A stretch of DNA of 64,000 bases. Source: Amphiscolops sp. MND2022 (lineage: Eukaryota). Positions 1 through 13,300 of the stretch are shown one piece after another; position 1 is the stretch's first letter; each line of letters starts with the position of its first letter. Under the pieces are notes generated by a model. That model did not search any database and was not told the DNA's origin. It was given only the letters and a program-made list of their open reading frames with translations. The position numbers and the translations under genes are program-made. The stretch is from positions 56,918,001 through 56,982,000 of the forward strand of contig OZ076409.1 in assembly GCA_964187785.1 (NCBI GenBank), in the 5' to 3' direction.

Positions 1-997
1 CTCTAACGAAAAGAAAGAGTCCAAATTCATAGAAATATCGTTCCTAGCGTCATTTAAATAATCATAATTTGGAAGTTAGTCATATGTTGCTCATGCTGAA
101 ATTCAAAATCAGGTATTTTTGTTCACGTCAGCGTCATCTCAGCGTCAATTTCCCGCGAAAAAGCAGTAAAACAGGGAAGCATTTCCGGTTTGACAGACTG
201 AAGTAATATCTACTTCCTGCTTGGGAGGAAGCGAAAGGACGCCGGGATGAAATGATATGATCATGTTTGATGACTAACACTAAATAAAGTTCAACGTGTC
301 TTAAAATTTGACGAAATGTCGACGCAAATTTGGGATCTTCGTTATTTTTTCATCAGTAAAACAGGAAGTGACTAATTGTTCGAGGAAAATTAGGGAATAT
401 AGTCGTGATCAAATGATGCTGGGAGGGTATAAATACAGTAAAATTCGATGATTAGGGGACTCAGTCTTTTCCAATTGTGAAAATCAGTTATTTCATAACT
501 TGCTCAATTTTCCAATACTTAATCTCAACTCTGTTGAAAATACTCAGAAAGTAAATTGAATTGCCAGAAATCAATTTCTCTCTACATCGAAATGTCGACT
601 ACCAGAAGCCAGAAAAGAAAGAACAATCAACAAGAAGTTGTTGAAAACGTAAGTGAAGGTTTTGTTTCGCCAGTCTTAGCGGAAAACTCTTGTTCTTTGA
701 TTCAAGATGTAGTTGTCGCAGGTCCGTCAAAACCTAAATCTCCTAGGGTAGAGAACAGTGTCTTGGAGAGTTTGACAGTCTCTTTAAAAGAGGAGATCAC
801 ATCTGAGATCAAAAGTCTTCTTATGGAATCCCAAAGAGAAATGTTGAAGCTCCTAAGATCTGAAACAGGAGAAAATGTAAGAAATAGCATAATAGACGAA
901 ACGGAGAATAAAACGAGGAGCTTCCATACTCCGACGAAAACAGTACGAATCAACTCTACATCAAATCACGACTCTGACACGTATGTAAGTCGTAACA
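1..997 (+). repeat. 5' LTR (visible 3' part)
   Basis: Aligns with 3917-4916 with scattered substitutions and small indels; similarity ends exactly at the CA at 996-997. Confidence 0.9.
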
Positions 998-2040
998 TGG
1001 TGACAGGAGTCCTGACCGACTCCACAAACCACCCGAAAAGACCCAAAATAAGGTCCCTGGGTCAACCTGCGGCCAAAGAACCTCCAGCGGCGGCCAGAAC
1101 ACTATTCGAAGCAGACAAAACTGACTCCACCACACTACATATGACGAGGGCCCTAACGGCATCACTCCCAACCTTCGATGTGAAATCTGACAAATTCGAA
1201 ATCTTCGAAGACCTGTTCTGTAATAACATAAAAATGTACCCACACCTCACGGAACCCCAAAAAATCAACTACTTCCACTCACTGCTAAGAGGAGACGCCC
1301 TACAGGCGTTCTGCAACATTGAAGACTCCAAGAAGGACTCGCTAGACGACATAATGACGATTTTTAAAAGACGATTTGGAGACTATTTATCAATGGCAAA
1401 AACCAGATGTGAGTGGGACTCACTCAAATTTGATCCCGCAACACAAAAACTACATGAATTCCTGGACGTACTCCAAAAAACGGCGAAAGATGCTTTCGGC
1501 TCGGAAGCCCAACAGTTTATCGACAGAGCAATCTACGCGAAAATGCCAGATCATGTAAAGAAAATCCTCAACAGAGAGTATCTTGAGGACAAACCATACA
1601 ATGATACAGTACTCCATTTGGAGCGGGATATGCAACTCAACGGCCTTGGAGCACCAGATGAAGTAACTCTGGTACCACTAAATGAAATATAACCGGCTCA
1701 AACAAAACCAGAGACAAAACAAATCGAGAACACGACGCAGAACACCAAAAAAGGATACTGCTTCTATTGTAACAAATTCGGACACTACAAGGCCGAATGC
1801 AGAAAACTGAAACGCGACAACTGGCAGCAAACCCGGAAAAATAATGGACAAACCAATTACAGCGCTGGCAAACCGCCCAAATGTGACACTTGCGGCAAAC
1901 CCCACAAGACGGAAGATTGTTGGAATGGAGCTAACTCTGCCAACGACCCACGACCCAAACGTCATAACACACAAGAACGAAAGCCGGACTCCTCCGCCCA
2001 ACAAACGACAACTAAACTTGCTGACGAACAAAAAAACTAA
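592..2040 (+). pseudogene. gag: Gag (capsid-like region plus two zinc knuckles) with one premature stop
   Basis: ATG at 592. The segment LPTFDVKSDKFEIFEDLF...LLRGDALQ...KRRFG is capsid-like. The frame continues past TAA 1690-1692 into CFYCNKFGHYKAEC and CDTCGKPHKTEDC and ends at TAA 2038-2040. Confidence 0.85.
998..1010 (+). promoter_or_regulatory. Primer-binding site TGGTGACAGGAGT (tRNA-Leu-like)
   Basis: Directly follows the LTR-terminal CA; one mismatch from TGGTGTCAGGAGT, the complement of a common metazoan tRNA-Leu 3' end. Confidence 0.65.
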
Positions 2041-2085
2041 TTACGTCGCGCCTGCGCTTTGGGGAAACACTAGACGCGAGGGCGT
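2031..2085 (+). promoter_or_regulatory. Putative -1 programmed ribosomal frameshift signal
   Basis: A AAA AAC (2031-2037) lies in the gag frame just before the stop. Stem TCGCGCCTG (2046-2054) pairs with TAGACGCGA (2071-2079). The -1 frame is open to TGA 2511-2513. Confidence 0.7.
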
Positions 2086-2468
2086 ATTCACCAGAAGACC
2101 CCCCTACCATATACACAACTGAGACAACAGCAGAGTGCACCGGTACTCCAACAGATGATTGGCTGAGACAACAAGCCGTCGCCTCCATAAAAAGACCACC
2201 CCCAGAAAAAGATCAGGAAGCAACATTCCTGCAAGATCAAGACTACAGAAGCGACAATCAACATCACACAAACCCACTCTCTCAGCCAACCATCAACACC
2301 AAAGAACTCTCTGTTGCAACGCAAATAGACCACAACGAAAACGCCCCCGAGGACAACGTTCCGTCACGAACGACTTGGACAAAAGAATACAGACGATCAC
2401 CATTACCCCGACAATCGCCTCACAACTCAGAGCCCCGGGCAGCGTCAATCTTCTTACGAGAGCGGCCC

Positions 2469-4916
2469 TGTCACAGCCCGCTCCCGGTCTGGCTTGTGGT
2501 TGCCGACGACTGAAGATCGGGAGAGGACATAGAGGTAATCTGAGAGTCCCAAAATCTTTATTTAACTGGTAACTCTAAAACTTTTACTTTAAAATAAACT
2601 GTGACTAAAAAGGTAAAAATACGTCTACATAGCGCAAACCTTAAATGAAAATGAAAACAGAGAATGAAATGAGCCAAAATGATTTCACGCATTTCCGGTA
2701 AGACGTATTCGCCACGTCAAAATAGCCACATTCGCCACCTGGAAACTAAATTAAAATACATTCTAAAACAAAGAAATCATAGTCTAATCTAAATGAAAAC
2801 GTAGTCAAAATCATCTCCCAAAGAACATCAATCAGATCTAAAATAGAAAATACACTGAAATGGCACGCCGAAGAAACTAAGCCTTTTCTGAGAAAGGCAG
2901 CTTTTTTTACAGCAATTACTCTTTGAGCAGCAATTAGTGTGGTTTAGGACGTCAATATTGCGCTGAGCAAACAAAGCAGCGGAGAAAATAAGAATACATG
3001 TATATTTGCCGTCAGTAAAACGCAGACAAGTTTGGAGGTATACCAATTGACGTCACTGCCTCGTCTATGCGTACCGGAAAATCATTCCAATTATCCGCCC
3101 ATACTAATAGCATTACTAGAAATCATTCCAATTAACCGCCACTGTGACGTCACAGCGCCGGCAGCTAAATAAGAAGCCATTCTCAAGATACTCGTCAGCA
3201 TTGCGTCAAACTAGTCAAATTCTCTACTCTGCAAAGAAAACTCGTCAACATGACGTTGACAAGTTTATGAAGCTTAAAATCTGCCAAGAAAACTCGTCAA
3301 CATGACGCTGACAAGTTTATGAAATTGGATGATTTAGGTAAAATTGCCCTATTAAACTAAAAAAATTACGCTAAAGTAACGTTGAGAACCTATCAAATTC
3401 AATTGTTTTAACCTGTCTAAGATAAGGAAATGGATAATTATCCAAATAAGATCAATATGGGAAGATATCTGTTCTGAATCAGTTTTAATTAAAAGTGAAG
3501 GAGTAACGATTTGCGCCAGTCTCACGACAAATAAAATATTGTTCACCCGAACCTAAGGCAGAGAATGTTTTCTAACTGGAATTTTTTCAGTACTCTACAT
3601 GAATGAGTCACAGTTTTTTCTCTTGTTATTAAACAAGTAACCATGGTTTTGCTACTTGAAGTTTTTTTATATACACTCCAACAGTGCCGTGGAGCCTGGA
3701 TTTGCAACCTGTTAACTTATACTAGTGCTTTTTGTATAACGTTAACTATTATTTTTTATGAAAGCGATCATCAGTGTTGAAGCGCATTAATAGCGTAAAC
3801 GCTATATTTGATGTTTTGTTGCCATTGTTATTACTTTTGTAAAATTTGTCGCACTTGTCGCGACATTTCAATATTGTTGATGATGAAAATAATTGGTACT
3901 GTGATCTTAATTTTGTCTCTAACGAAAAGAAAGAGTCAAAATTCATAGAAATATCGTTCCTAGCGTCATTTAAATAATCATAATTTGGAAGTTAGTTATA
4001 TGTTGCTCATGCTGAAATTCAAAATCAGGTATTTGTAGTTCACGTCAGCGTCATCTCAGCGTCAATTGCCCGCGAAAAAAAGCAGTAAAACAGGGAAGCA
4101 TTTCCAGTTTGACAGACTGAAGTATTATCTACTTCCTGCTTGGGAGGAAGCAAAAGGACGCCGGGATGAAATGATATGATCATGTTTGATGACTAATACT
4201 AAATTAAGTTCAACGTGTCTTAAAATTTGACGAAATGTCGACGCAAATTTGAGATCTTTGTGATTTTTTCATCGGTAAAACAGGAAGTGACTAAGTGTTC
4301 GAGGAAAATTAGGGAATATAGTCGTGATCAAATGATGCTGGGAGGGTATAAATACAATAAAATTCGATGATTAAGGGACTCAGTCTTTTCCAATTGTGAA
4401 AATCAGTTATTTCATAACTTGCTCAATTTTCCAATTCTTATTCTCAACTCTGTTGAAAATACTCAGAAAGTAAATTGAATTGTCAGAAATCAATTTTTCT
4501 CTACATCGAAATGTCGACTACCAGAAGCCAGAAAAGAAAGAACAATCAACAAGAAGTTGTTGAAAACGTAAGTGAAGGTTTTGTTTCGCCAGTCTTAGCG
4601 GAAAACTCTTGTTCTTTGGATCAAGATGTAGTTGTCGCAGGTCCGTCAAAACCTAAATCTCCTAGGGTAGAGAACAGTGTCTTGGAGAGTTTGAGAGTCT
4701 CTTTAAAAGAGGAGATCACATCTGAGATCAAAAGTCTTCTTATGGAATCCCAAAGAGAAATGTTTAAGCTCCTAAGATCTGAAACAGGAGAAAATGTAAG
4801 AAATAGCACAATAGACGAAACGGAGAATGAAACGAGGTGTTTCCATACTCCGACGAAAACAGTACGAATCAACTCTACATCAAATCACGACTCTTACACG
4901 TATGTAAGTCGTAACA
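2469..4916 (+). repeat. 3' LTR (3917-4916 confirmed; start at 2469 tentative)
   Basis: Repeat of 1-997, including a truncated gag N-terminus (ORF 4475-4933). Candidate start TGTCAC at 2469 is an imperfect inverse of the CGTAACA end. Short internal duplications occur at about 3080-3140 and 3229-3322. Confidence 0.6.
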
Positions 4917-5420
4917 GCGTGGGAATGGCGTAAGTCGGCGCCCCATTTAATGATTAAACAGCGGAAAAACAAAGCGAACTTCAAAGCGTTAACTGTTTCT
5001 GAAAAATTCCTAATTCAACAGAGTGAAAAAAAAACGAGGAGGAAGTCTCTTTGGTCTTGAAAAATCTTCATTCTAACTTTCAAAAATATATTTTAAAGCT
5101 AAAAGAATGTCTTTATAAAAATTTTGGAAAATCTCAGTGTTAAAAATTGTGTCTGGTCTCAGAGAAGCCTTTTCCTCATTGAAAATGTTTAAAACCCTTT
5201 TGGTGAAATCAAAAAAGTTTCAAAAAAAGTCGCACAGTGCCAAAAATTAACACACATATTGATTTTAAATCACAAAAAATGTGTGTAAAATGGAAGAGAG
5301 AATCTCTTCAAACCATTTTAGCTTTATCACTTTTTGCATCGACCGGATTGAAAATAAATGGAAAAATAGAAAAACAAACAATAATTAGTCGCCTTTTATT
5401 TCATGAAGCGCCGCCGAAAC
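4917..5420. mobile_element. Non-autonomous Helentron-like (HINE/DINE-type) element, family A, degenerate
   Basis: AGTCGGCGCCC near 4933 and TAGTCGCC...AAGCGCCG near 5386-5413 match the ends of the 17101-17410 copy; the internal AAAAAGTCGCACAGTGCC motif is shared with related copies. Confidence 0.5.
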
Positions 5421-6786
5421 TGACGAGTAGCGGTAGAGCTTCAAACATCTCTTTCAGCTCTTAGTGCTTAAAAACCGTTAAATTGGGGCGGCAAATGGGG
5501 ATCCTTTGCTGTCTGCAAGACTTTGCTGAGCTGCCAACTACGTTTTGAATTAGTTTTTTTAGTCAGCACTTACGAGACTCATGATCCAGATGAATAATTA
5601 GACAATTTCGGAAGAAACCACTATGCCCCACTTATGTCGGAAAAAGCTATAACCGAGTATGGATAACCAATCATGTTTCAGCCCTAGAAGTTAAAAACGT
5701 TTGGTCATTTGATACAACATTTTTATAATCACCTCATTGATTCTAAGACTTCATAGAAAGCTTCATTTCAAAAAATTGTTCTTTTTTCGATCTGAAAATC
5801 TACATACTTTTTACATAGCTTTACTATAAAATGTTGGTGACCTGGCACAAATTTTGTTTGGAAAATTAAAAACAGTTGAATATCTAGCCAAAAATTTAGC
5901 TTCAAAGTGCCTTTCTAAAAAATTCAACAACCAGAGGATGTTTCTATTAAGTTAATTGAATAAAAACGGTTCCTGAAGGCTGAAGTTGAGGTATTTGATA
6001 ACACAAGGCTGGCATCAAATGTATTTGGCATGATTGAAATTCGAGATTACTTCGGAATGAGCGAAAACAATGAACTATTTCTCAATATATTTTGTTCAAG
6101 ATTTATTTGTGGCGTGTGTTTTTATTATTTGAATGGTATGAGAAAAAAGTTTCTTTCAAGCGAAACATTTGATATGATAGTTACGAACCAGTCTCTTCCT
6201 TCTAGTGTAAACAGTTTTTTAAAGAGATTGTATTCACTCGAGATATGAACTTCTCCAGGGGAACATCTTAGACGATGTCTTTCCCATTATGAAAGTTTAA
6301 AGCAGGGCTGGTAAAAACGTTTTTAAACCCGAATGAAACAAACAGCGTGTTTGTGTCTCAAAAAAAGTGTTTATTTGTTTTTATTTTTTTCTTTTTTCTT
6401 GCAAAAGTAAGGTTAAAAGCTTAATTTTAATTCACATAGAGAGTACAATTATTCAGCGTTGAAATGGCTGGACAACTCATGCCTTGTGCGAACTCTTCAG
6501 GTGTAATATTTTTTCTTTAGTGCGAGGATAGCTACCTGAAAAAAAATGTTTTTCCGTTATTGTTTGAAACATGTTTTTACTGCTGTTTAAAACAGTTTAA
6601 AACAAACGTGCCAGCCTTGGTTTAAAGATGCCCCGTTAGGGTAAGCTACTATTGTTTCTCGATTCTTTGAGAAAATGATTCTTTTTCGTTTTCTCAGGAA
6701 CATGAAAAATCTTAATTCAGCGGGATGTTTTGAAGCAATGTTTGCCTGAAATGACTAGATTGCTGCAATAGAAAGTACTTTCTACC

Positions 6787-6870
6787 TAGCCTAGTGGTTA
6801 CCGCGAGTGTCCGCCTCGGCTGGGTTCTGGTAAAAAGAGTAGGTGGGTTTGAATCCCGCACTGGATCATT
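6787..6870 (+). mobile_element. tRNA-derived SINE-like head
   Basis: A-box-like TAGCCTAGTGGTTA and B-box-like GGTTTGAATCCC; no intact cloverleaf; related to 28015-28130. Confidence 0.5.
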
Positions 6871-9800
6871 TTTACGGTTGCAAAGCTAGACGAAACCAAA
6901 AGATTTTCTTGGCGTTTTTCAACACTATGAAGTTTTTTCGAAAAAACTTTTTTGACTGACTTAGCTCAAGATACAAAAGTCACCCAGGGATGCCAAACAG
7001 TCCCCTTCGATTTTAAAAAAATTTCAGCTATTTAAAAAAGCTGCTTGTGACCAAAGGGCCAATTTTTTATCGACACGGACGTTTTTAGAAATGTTTTTCA
7101 TTTCACAAAAAGTTGACACCTCCGGTTTTCTCAATGCTTCCAGTGAAAAAACGTTTTAACGCCGAAAGGTCTCTATTTTTCAAAACTTCTTGTCATTGCG
7201 GGACCTTTCTTGGTTCAGTTTTTTTAACCAAATTGTATTCTCAGCGCGGGACATCTATCCGAATTTTTGACGTTCGATTCAATCTTTCTAAGAGATCTTG
7301 CCAGCACATTAGTCCTAATTGGCACGTAAACATTGTCAACGATTTGAAATTCTTTAATTGTACGGAATTAGTGCCATTTTGAAAAAGGTAGGACTTAAAT
7401 TCCGAGTCATATAAATTCTGTCAAGCTTTACTGTTTTCAAGCAATTTTTGGATTCAAGTTAACCAAACTGATTTGAGTCGAAACATGCCAATCAAAATGC
7501 GGTATATTCAAAGCAATGATTCAAGGTTTTTGCCAAAATGTTGTTTTTAAGATAGCTTGACCCTTAAGACAAGTCTGCATGAAGTACGCTTTAAATCCGT
7601 AGAAACAATTCAGTTGAAAAATGTTGGTTGTTTATCATTTTCAATCAATTGAGGATTGTGGAAGATCGATTTTTGCCATAAGGCCTCTTTTAAGAGATAA
7701 AGAGTGTTGTAGGTTTCATTGAACTGCTGAATGTTTTTTTAACCTGTCCAAATCAACAATTTTTGGTTCGAACGTGCTGAAGGTTTAATTTCGTCAGCTG
7801 GATGAATCTGGGAACACTAGTTGAATACAACTAGCCAAAAATGATGAAAAGTATTCACTTGAAACTACAGTAGAAGTTAGCTCTTCGATAACTTAAGTCA
7901 ACTATTGTCAGCCCAGCTGATACACGAGCCTGTAGAAGTAAGAGTCCTTTCTATTTTAGTGGGGTCAATTGTTTTCAATGACAAAAAAGGATCAAATCAA
8001 ACATTCACTAGATGTGTTGCGGATGAAAAACGTCGACAGATAAACTCAGAGCTTTCGAATGTATTAATCGAACACTCTTGTCTATCAACTTAGAAAAGTT
8101 TTGAATTATAACCTCTTAAGTTTTATTCGTGGCAAATGTTTGAAGTGAGCATCATTAACATTTTCGATACAGCGATGAACACCTAGAATTCCGCATTCCG
8201 TCAGAATTGTTTGATCACATGACAACCATTTCTCTGGATAGAAGATCTTTCGTAGAAACTTGTACAAAAGCGACGAAAGTTTGTTTTTGTCATCGCTCAA
8301 CCTTCTCCAGAAACCAAATCTCGTATCCAAATTTATTATTACGTTTCACTTCTACCTAATTCTTTGTAAATCACAACTTTTGCAGTACTGAAACGAAAAA
8401 CTTAGAGCGTTCGCAAAAAATTCCGATGAAATATTTCATTTTTGTTCAAAATGTTGACGTCCCCAACCTTCACAGTCATAAGTTGGGATCGGTAAGATGA
8501 TTGAGTCGAACAAGTGCAATTTTGTCTGTACTGCCAATGACCACTTGTTTCGACTCTCAATTTGAATAACGCCTTCTTTACTTAACAACGTTTTCAATCG
8601 TTAGCTGAAACGTCTTTCGTTTATGAACATGTATAAAATTTTCCAAAACTCACCCCTTTTGGAGAAAATTATATTTTTCGTGTTGGATCAATTCATTCGT
8701 ATAATGAACTTTCTGCGAGATTGAGATGGTCAAAATAATGGTAACGTCTGCCTACAAAAGTGCAACGATTTCCTCCTCACGGACACTAAAATTGCTTTCA
8801 AGAGAGAATTCAAATCACTGTCAAGACTTCGCCAATCGGTAGCATTATATACGTCAGTCAAAGATCATCCAATTGTATTTTTATTGGGGTCGCTGTTTGA
8901 ACGTTTAGAAGGTTCAAATTCTTCGCCATCGATGTCTAAAAAACTTTGCATGGTGGAAGTTCTTGCATTGAAATAATCCTTTATCACCATTTCACTATCT
9001 TCTGTCTTTCTTGGTCCAATACCTTCCAAAAGTGATGCGAATATTGGCTTAATCCAAGTTCAAGAATTTTCACACGGCATATAAAACAAGCCTAACAAGA
9101 ACTGCGTTTAGAGTCTGCGATTCGAACGCACAAGCCGACATCAGGTCTGAAAACTGAATGTGAAAAATCTTTCTAACCAAAACTGTCAGTCCCCCAAGGG
9201 TGCACGAGCAACACGCCATGGGATACCAAGGGTCTCAAAAAAATGATATTCGAATCTGCAGCTTGAGAGCCAGTGTTTTTTTCGTTGATATTGATACATT
9301 GCTCGCATGTTACTGAACTTACACATCGTTTCGAAAAGTTCTTGAGAAATGATACAAAAAACTGTGAAAGTTTAATCAAATTCCAGGAAGTTTTGGGGTA
9401 GTAGAGTAAGGGTTCACAATTCTAAAGTTTTTTTCGATCAGATGGGAAGTTGAATAATGAACTGCTCGAAAATAAATGTTCTTTCAAAAAGAGTCCACTT
9501 TGAATTTTACGTGCAATTGTATCTATTGAAAGCTATTGAGAGTAAACGTGGAGAAAAAAAGTAATGTTAGTGAACGAATGGTTGACAGCGCTGCTGATTT
9601 TTCCAAAGGCAACACTGGAAAATAACAAAAATTGGTAAGCAGATGTTACTAGTATACAGTTCTTAATCGGCGCTTCATGAAGTGAAACTCGACAATAATT
9701 GTGACTCTTTGTCTTTTTCAACCCACACGAACTGACCAAAACAGTTCTTCAAAGTTCTTCGGAACTTCAAGGTGGCAAAGTGGATGATTTGGCTCAAGAA

Positions 9801-10131
9801 ACTGAAATATGAAATTTGTTCCTTTTTTCAGCGTACGATACAATACCAGCCGAGACTGAAAGGTACACCTTTTATTCAACTTTCATGTAATTTTCTCTTC
9901 AAAGAGCCCTTCAATATTTTGGATGTATTGCGACCAATTGGATGTTGAAAAATTCCAACGAGTTCCCCTTTTTAGCAAAAAGAGTACGGAAGCGAAAAAC
10001 ATTTAGTCGAATGAAATAAAGAAGAACAAAATTGATTTTCAAAGTTGTAGCGCTTGAAATTTGACATGGGATGAGACTGAAGCCTTCGTACGCCCCGATA
10101 TTTTTTGTGTGCTTCTGGTCATGTTGCAGTT

Positions 10132-10329
10132 TGTAAAGGACTGATAAAAGGAGGGAAGAAGCACCTTTATTTTAAAAGCAAAGAATTTACCATGAACAAA
10201 ACTCAGTACCGTAAAAGTATGCTTTATACCATATCGAACTCAAAATTACTCATAAATGAATGTATTGTCTGAGATACCTTTGGGGCAGGTACTTCTGTGT
10301 CAGAATTGATTGTTACTATCTGCTCTTCA
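10132..10329 (-). repeat. 3' LTR (198 bp)
   Basis: Diverged direct repeat of 14988-15186; preceded on the - strand by polypurine tract GGAGGGGGAA (10330-10339). Confidence 0.9.
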
Positions 10330-13300
10330 TTCCCCCTCCACAGATTCATGAGAACCAGCAGTGTTCTCTTCCATATGTAGGATGACAATGTTGTGCATTT
10401 TTGGTTGTGTGTGTCCTCTGCCGGGTGATGCGGATGACCTTGGATGGCGTTGTGGTTCGTTTTCGAAACGAACCACTTTTGAATAAAAGTACTCCCTTCG
10501 GCCTATTTTTTCTACTCGCTTTGCTGTTTTGATCCGATCGGATCTACGTATAATCGGTTCTTCAAATTTCATAAAATTCTTTTTCTCCTTTCCATCTACC
10601 CCTAAGTTTTTATCACCTTTCCGTTTTGTTGGCCCAGATGGTGTACCGGTGCTGTCGCGAACACCTCTGCGCATAGTGCGCTCGGTACTGCATTCGATCG
10701 GGGATGTTGGCATCGGCGTGTTAGCGATTGTCAACGGTTCCGCGACTGTCACTGACTCTTCATAGCTGTCTCTCGGTGCATCTTCGGTAGTAGCGGTGTT
10801 TTTTGGTACATCTTTATCAGCGTGTGGGAGATCCTCCGTTGTTCCGACATGGTTGTCCACAAATGTGGTGTCCATCCGGTCATCGCTCTGACTCTCGTGA
10901 TGGCAGCATGGGAAAGTACTTCTCGTGCCCGCGGTTGATCCATTCTCAGCCATGATGCGTAGGTTGTGTCGCTGTAATTCCCATCGTTGAGCCGTCCACA
11001 TCAGCAGCATCTACTTGTGGGCTTCGTTGGTTCATCATGTTTCTTTGATGGCTGAAGCTTTAAAGGATTAGATGCTAGTTTTTTATGAATTACTCTTCCT
11101 TCCGCTGTAGTATTTGTATGATCGGTCTCCTTAATTGCAGTTAAGAATTTGTTCGTTTTAAATCGGCATTTCAGAGTCAAGTTTCGTTTCTTTCTCGCAG
11201 AACTTGTATGGTCTAAATTCTTGGCTTACAGAGCGGCCTCGCGTCTTCGAGTCGTTAAAAACCAGATAATCAGCAAATTCTTCGTCAGAATGGTTTACAT
11301 GGTGAATATCTGCAGTTCCGTGGGTTGAGCTAACATATATTTCGTCAAGATCTTTTTCCAATTGGATAGTAGGCATGACGGCTGGCCCATTAGGTTGGTG
11401 ATAGCCGTGCGCAGTTTCCGTCCTAGATGCATTTAGAATGGTGTCTTTTTCGGCGTAATATGCAGTGTTTGTCAAATCGTTTTAATTGCTAGTTGGACGC
11501 TTTCATCGAACGTTAACGCGTCTTTTAAAATATCTCTCGTTAGTGATTTAAGTGTTCGTATGGTTCTTCCGAACACTCCGGTGCCGGTATGTAAATTTGG
11601 CGTACATCGGATTCGTTCTAGATTTTTACCGTCACAGAATTCTTTGAATTCTTTGCTTTCAAAAAACACCTGTTGTCTGTGGCGTTCGTTATCTGAACAA
11701 AATTCAGTATAAAATTTGAAACAATCCGTGTATCTGTATTTTTACAAATGAGTAAATGGCTGCTGGCCATTTACTTTCTCCGTCAGAACTGTTGCTTTTC
11801 CAGGAATCGTGATTGTTTTGCTGGAATTTTTGCAGCGGTGTTGTTCCAATCAGCTCGCAGTATTATAGAATCTATTGTATATTGCTTTGTTCAGTCTTTC
11901 AATTTGTTTCCTGCCTCGCTGACTCGGCCGATATACCTGGAATCGTTCATTGTCCTTTCCTTTGCCGACTATACTTGTCCGGTGTGACTGAAGGATTCGA
12001 TTTCTTTCGGTTCTCAATCTATCAATTTCTGGGGAACGCCCCTGCTTTTTGAAGATAAGTTCCATGTCCATCCCGTTTATTCTGTCCATTTTAGAGATGG
12101 ACAACCGATTACTTGTTTGATTTGAAGTGATGCAGTTTTGTGGAGTGTTCGTTTCAATAGATTTTGTTTTGATTTTGTTCACACGTGTAATTACCGCGTT
12201 TTGATTGGTCGGCTTCTGGCGTCGGTAGTGATTGTCCGATATTCTGCGTAATACTCCCGTTCGTTCGGTTGAAATTAAACAAACCGTAGATTTGATTTAT
12301 TACGAACTCCTTTTCGGCATCGATTTCGTCGTGTTCGTTGTTTTCTCATTCCGTTTTGGTTACGTCATCGTACGCAATCGGGTGTCGACTAAGGTAATCC
12401 GTCTGCATAATATTCTTACCGGCGGTGTATTGGACATTTACGTCGAAATGGCCTAATCGATCTAACCAGCGAGTTAAATTTGGGCCGTATTACTTGTGTG
12501 CTCTATTGCGTTTATATAACGGTTGATGTGCTTGGTGATCGGTTAATAAATTCGCCTTTTTCCCGTAGACAAAACATCTAAAATGTTCAAATCCCCATAG
12601 TGCTCCCAACACTTCTAGTTCATTTTTGGCGTACCTTGTTTTCGCAATCCGCTAGAAAACTACTTGCAAATGCTATGGGTCTAAAATCCTTGCCTCCTTT
12701 TTGCCAAAGGGTTGTCCCTAGGCCCGTGGTACAAGCATCAGTTGCTATAAAATTATCTTTCTTTGGGTCAAAGTGTGCCGGACTAAGTGCTTCCGTGATT
12801 TCATTCTTTAGCTTTTCCAAATCATCGGTTATCTCCGGTGTCCACTCCCAATTTACGCCTTTCTTTAGTAGTCTTCTCGTTCTGTCAGACTTATTGGAAA
12901 GGTTGTTAATGATATTGGTTAAGTGTTGTTATGATCCCAGATGGGATTTCAAATCGTCGTGTTTTTGGGGGCTTGTAATTTTGTGATTGCTTCTGTTTTG
13001 TCTCTCACAGGTTTCACACCGAGCCATACTAATTTTCTTTTGAATAATTCTGTTTCCTTCTCGCTCGCTCGGTATTCAGCATCTTGTAGTTTCGATAAAA
13101 TTTCCCGTTATTCGCGTTCATGGTCTTCAATTGTCACATTCGTCACATAGATAATATCATGTAACCAGACCGGTGTTTTCAATTCCAATACTTGGTCGAT
13201 GTTTTCTTGAAATAAGGTTGGAATATCCGATAGCCCCTTAGAAACCCCTCTTGAATCGATAGTGTCCCGTGAAGTCGCCGCCAAATATTTAGAACACACT

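Larger units (their letters stand above)
1..4916 (+). mobile_element. Gypsy-like LTR retrotransposon, gag-only (pol absent); 5' LTR truncated by the window edge
   Basis: 1-997 is directly repeated at 3917-4916 and both copies end ...CGTAACA. A TGG-starting PBS follows 997. Gag has two zinc knuckles. No protease, RT or integrase motifs were seen between the repeats. Confidence 0.85.

Noticed and set aside
7300..9100. Possible decayed transposase or host exons
   Set aside because: Only short ORFs and no identifiable catalytic motif by eye.
10327..11010. 227-aa ORF as a possible env or extra gene of the old Gypsy
   Set aside because: Low-complexity, with no signal peptide or transmembrane segment; more simply the disordered tail after integrase in a decayed element.
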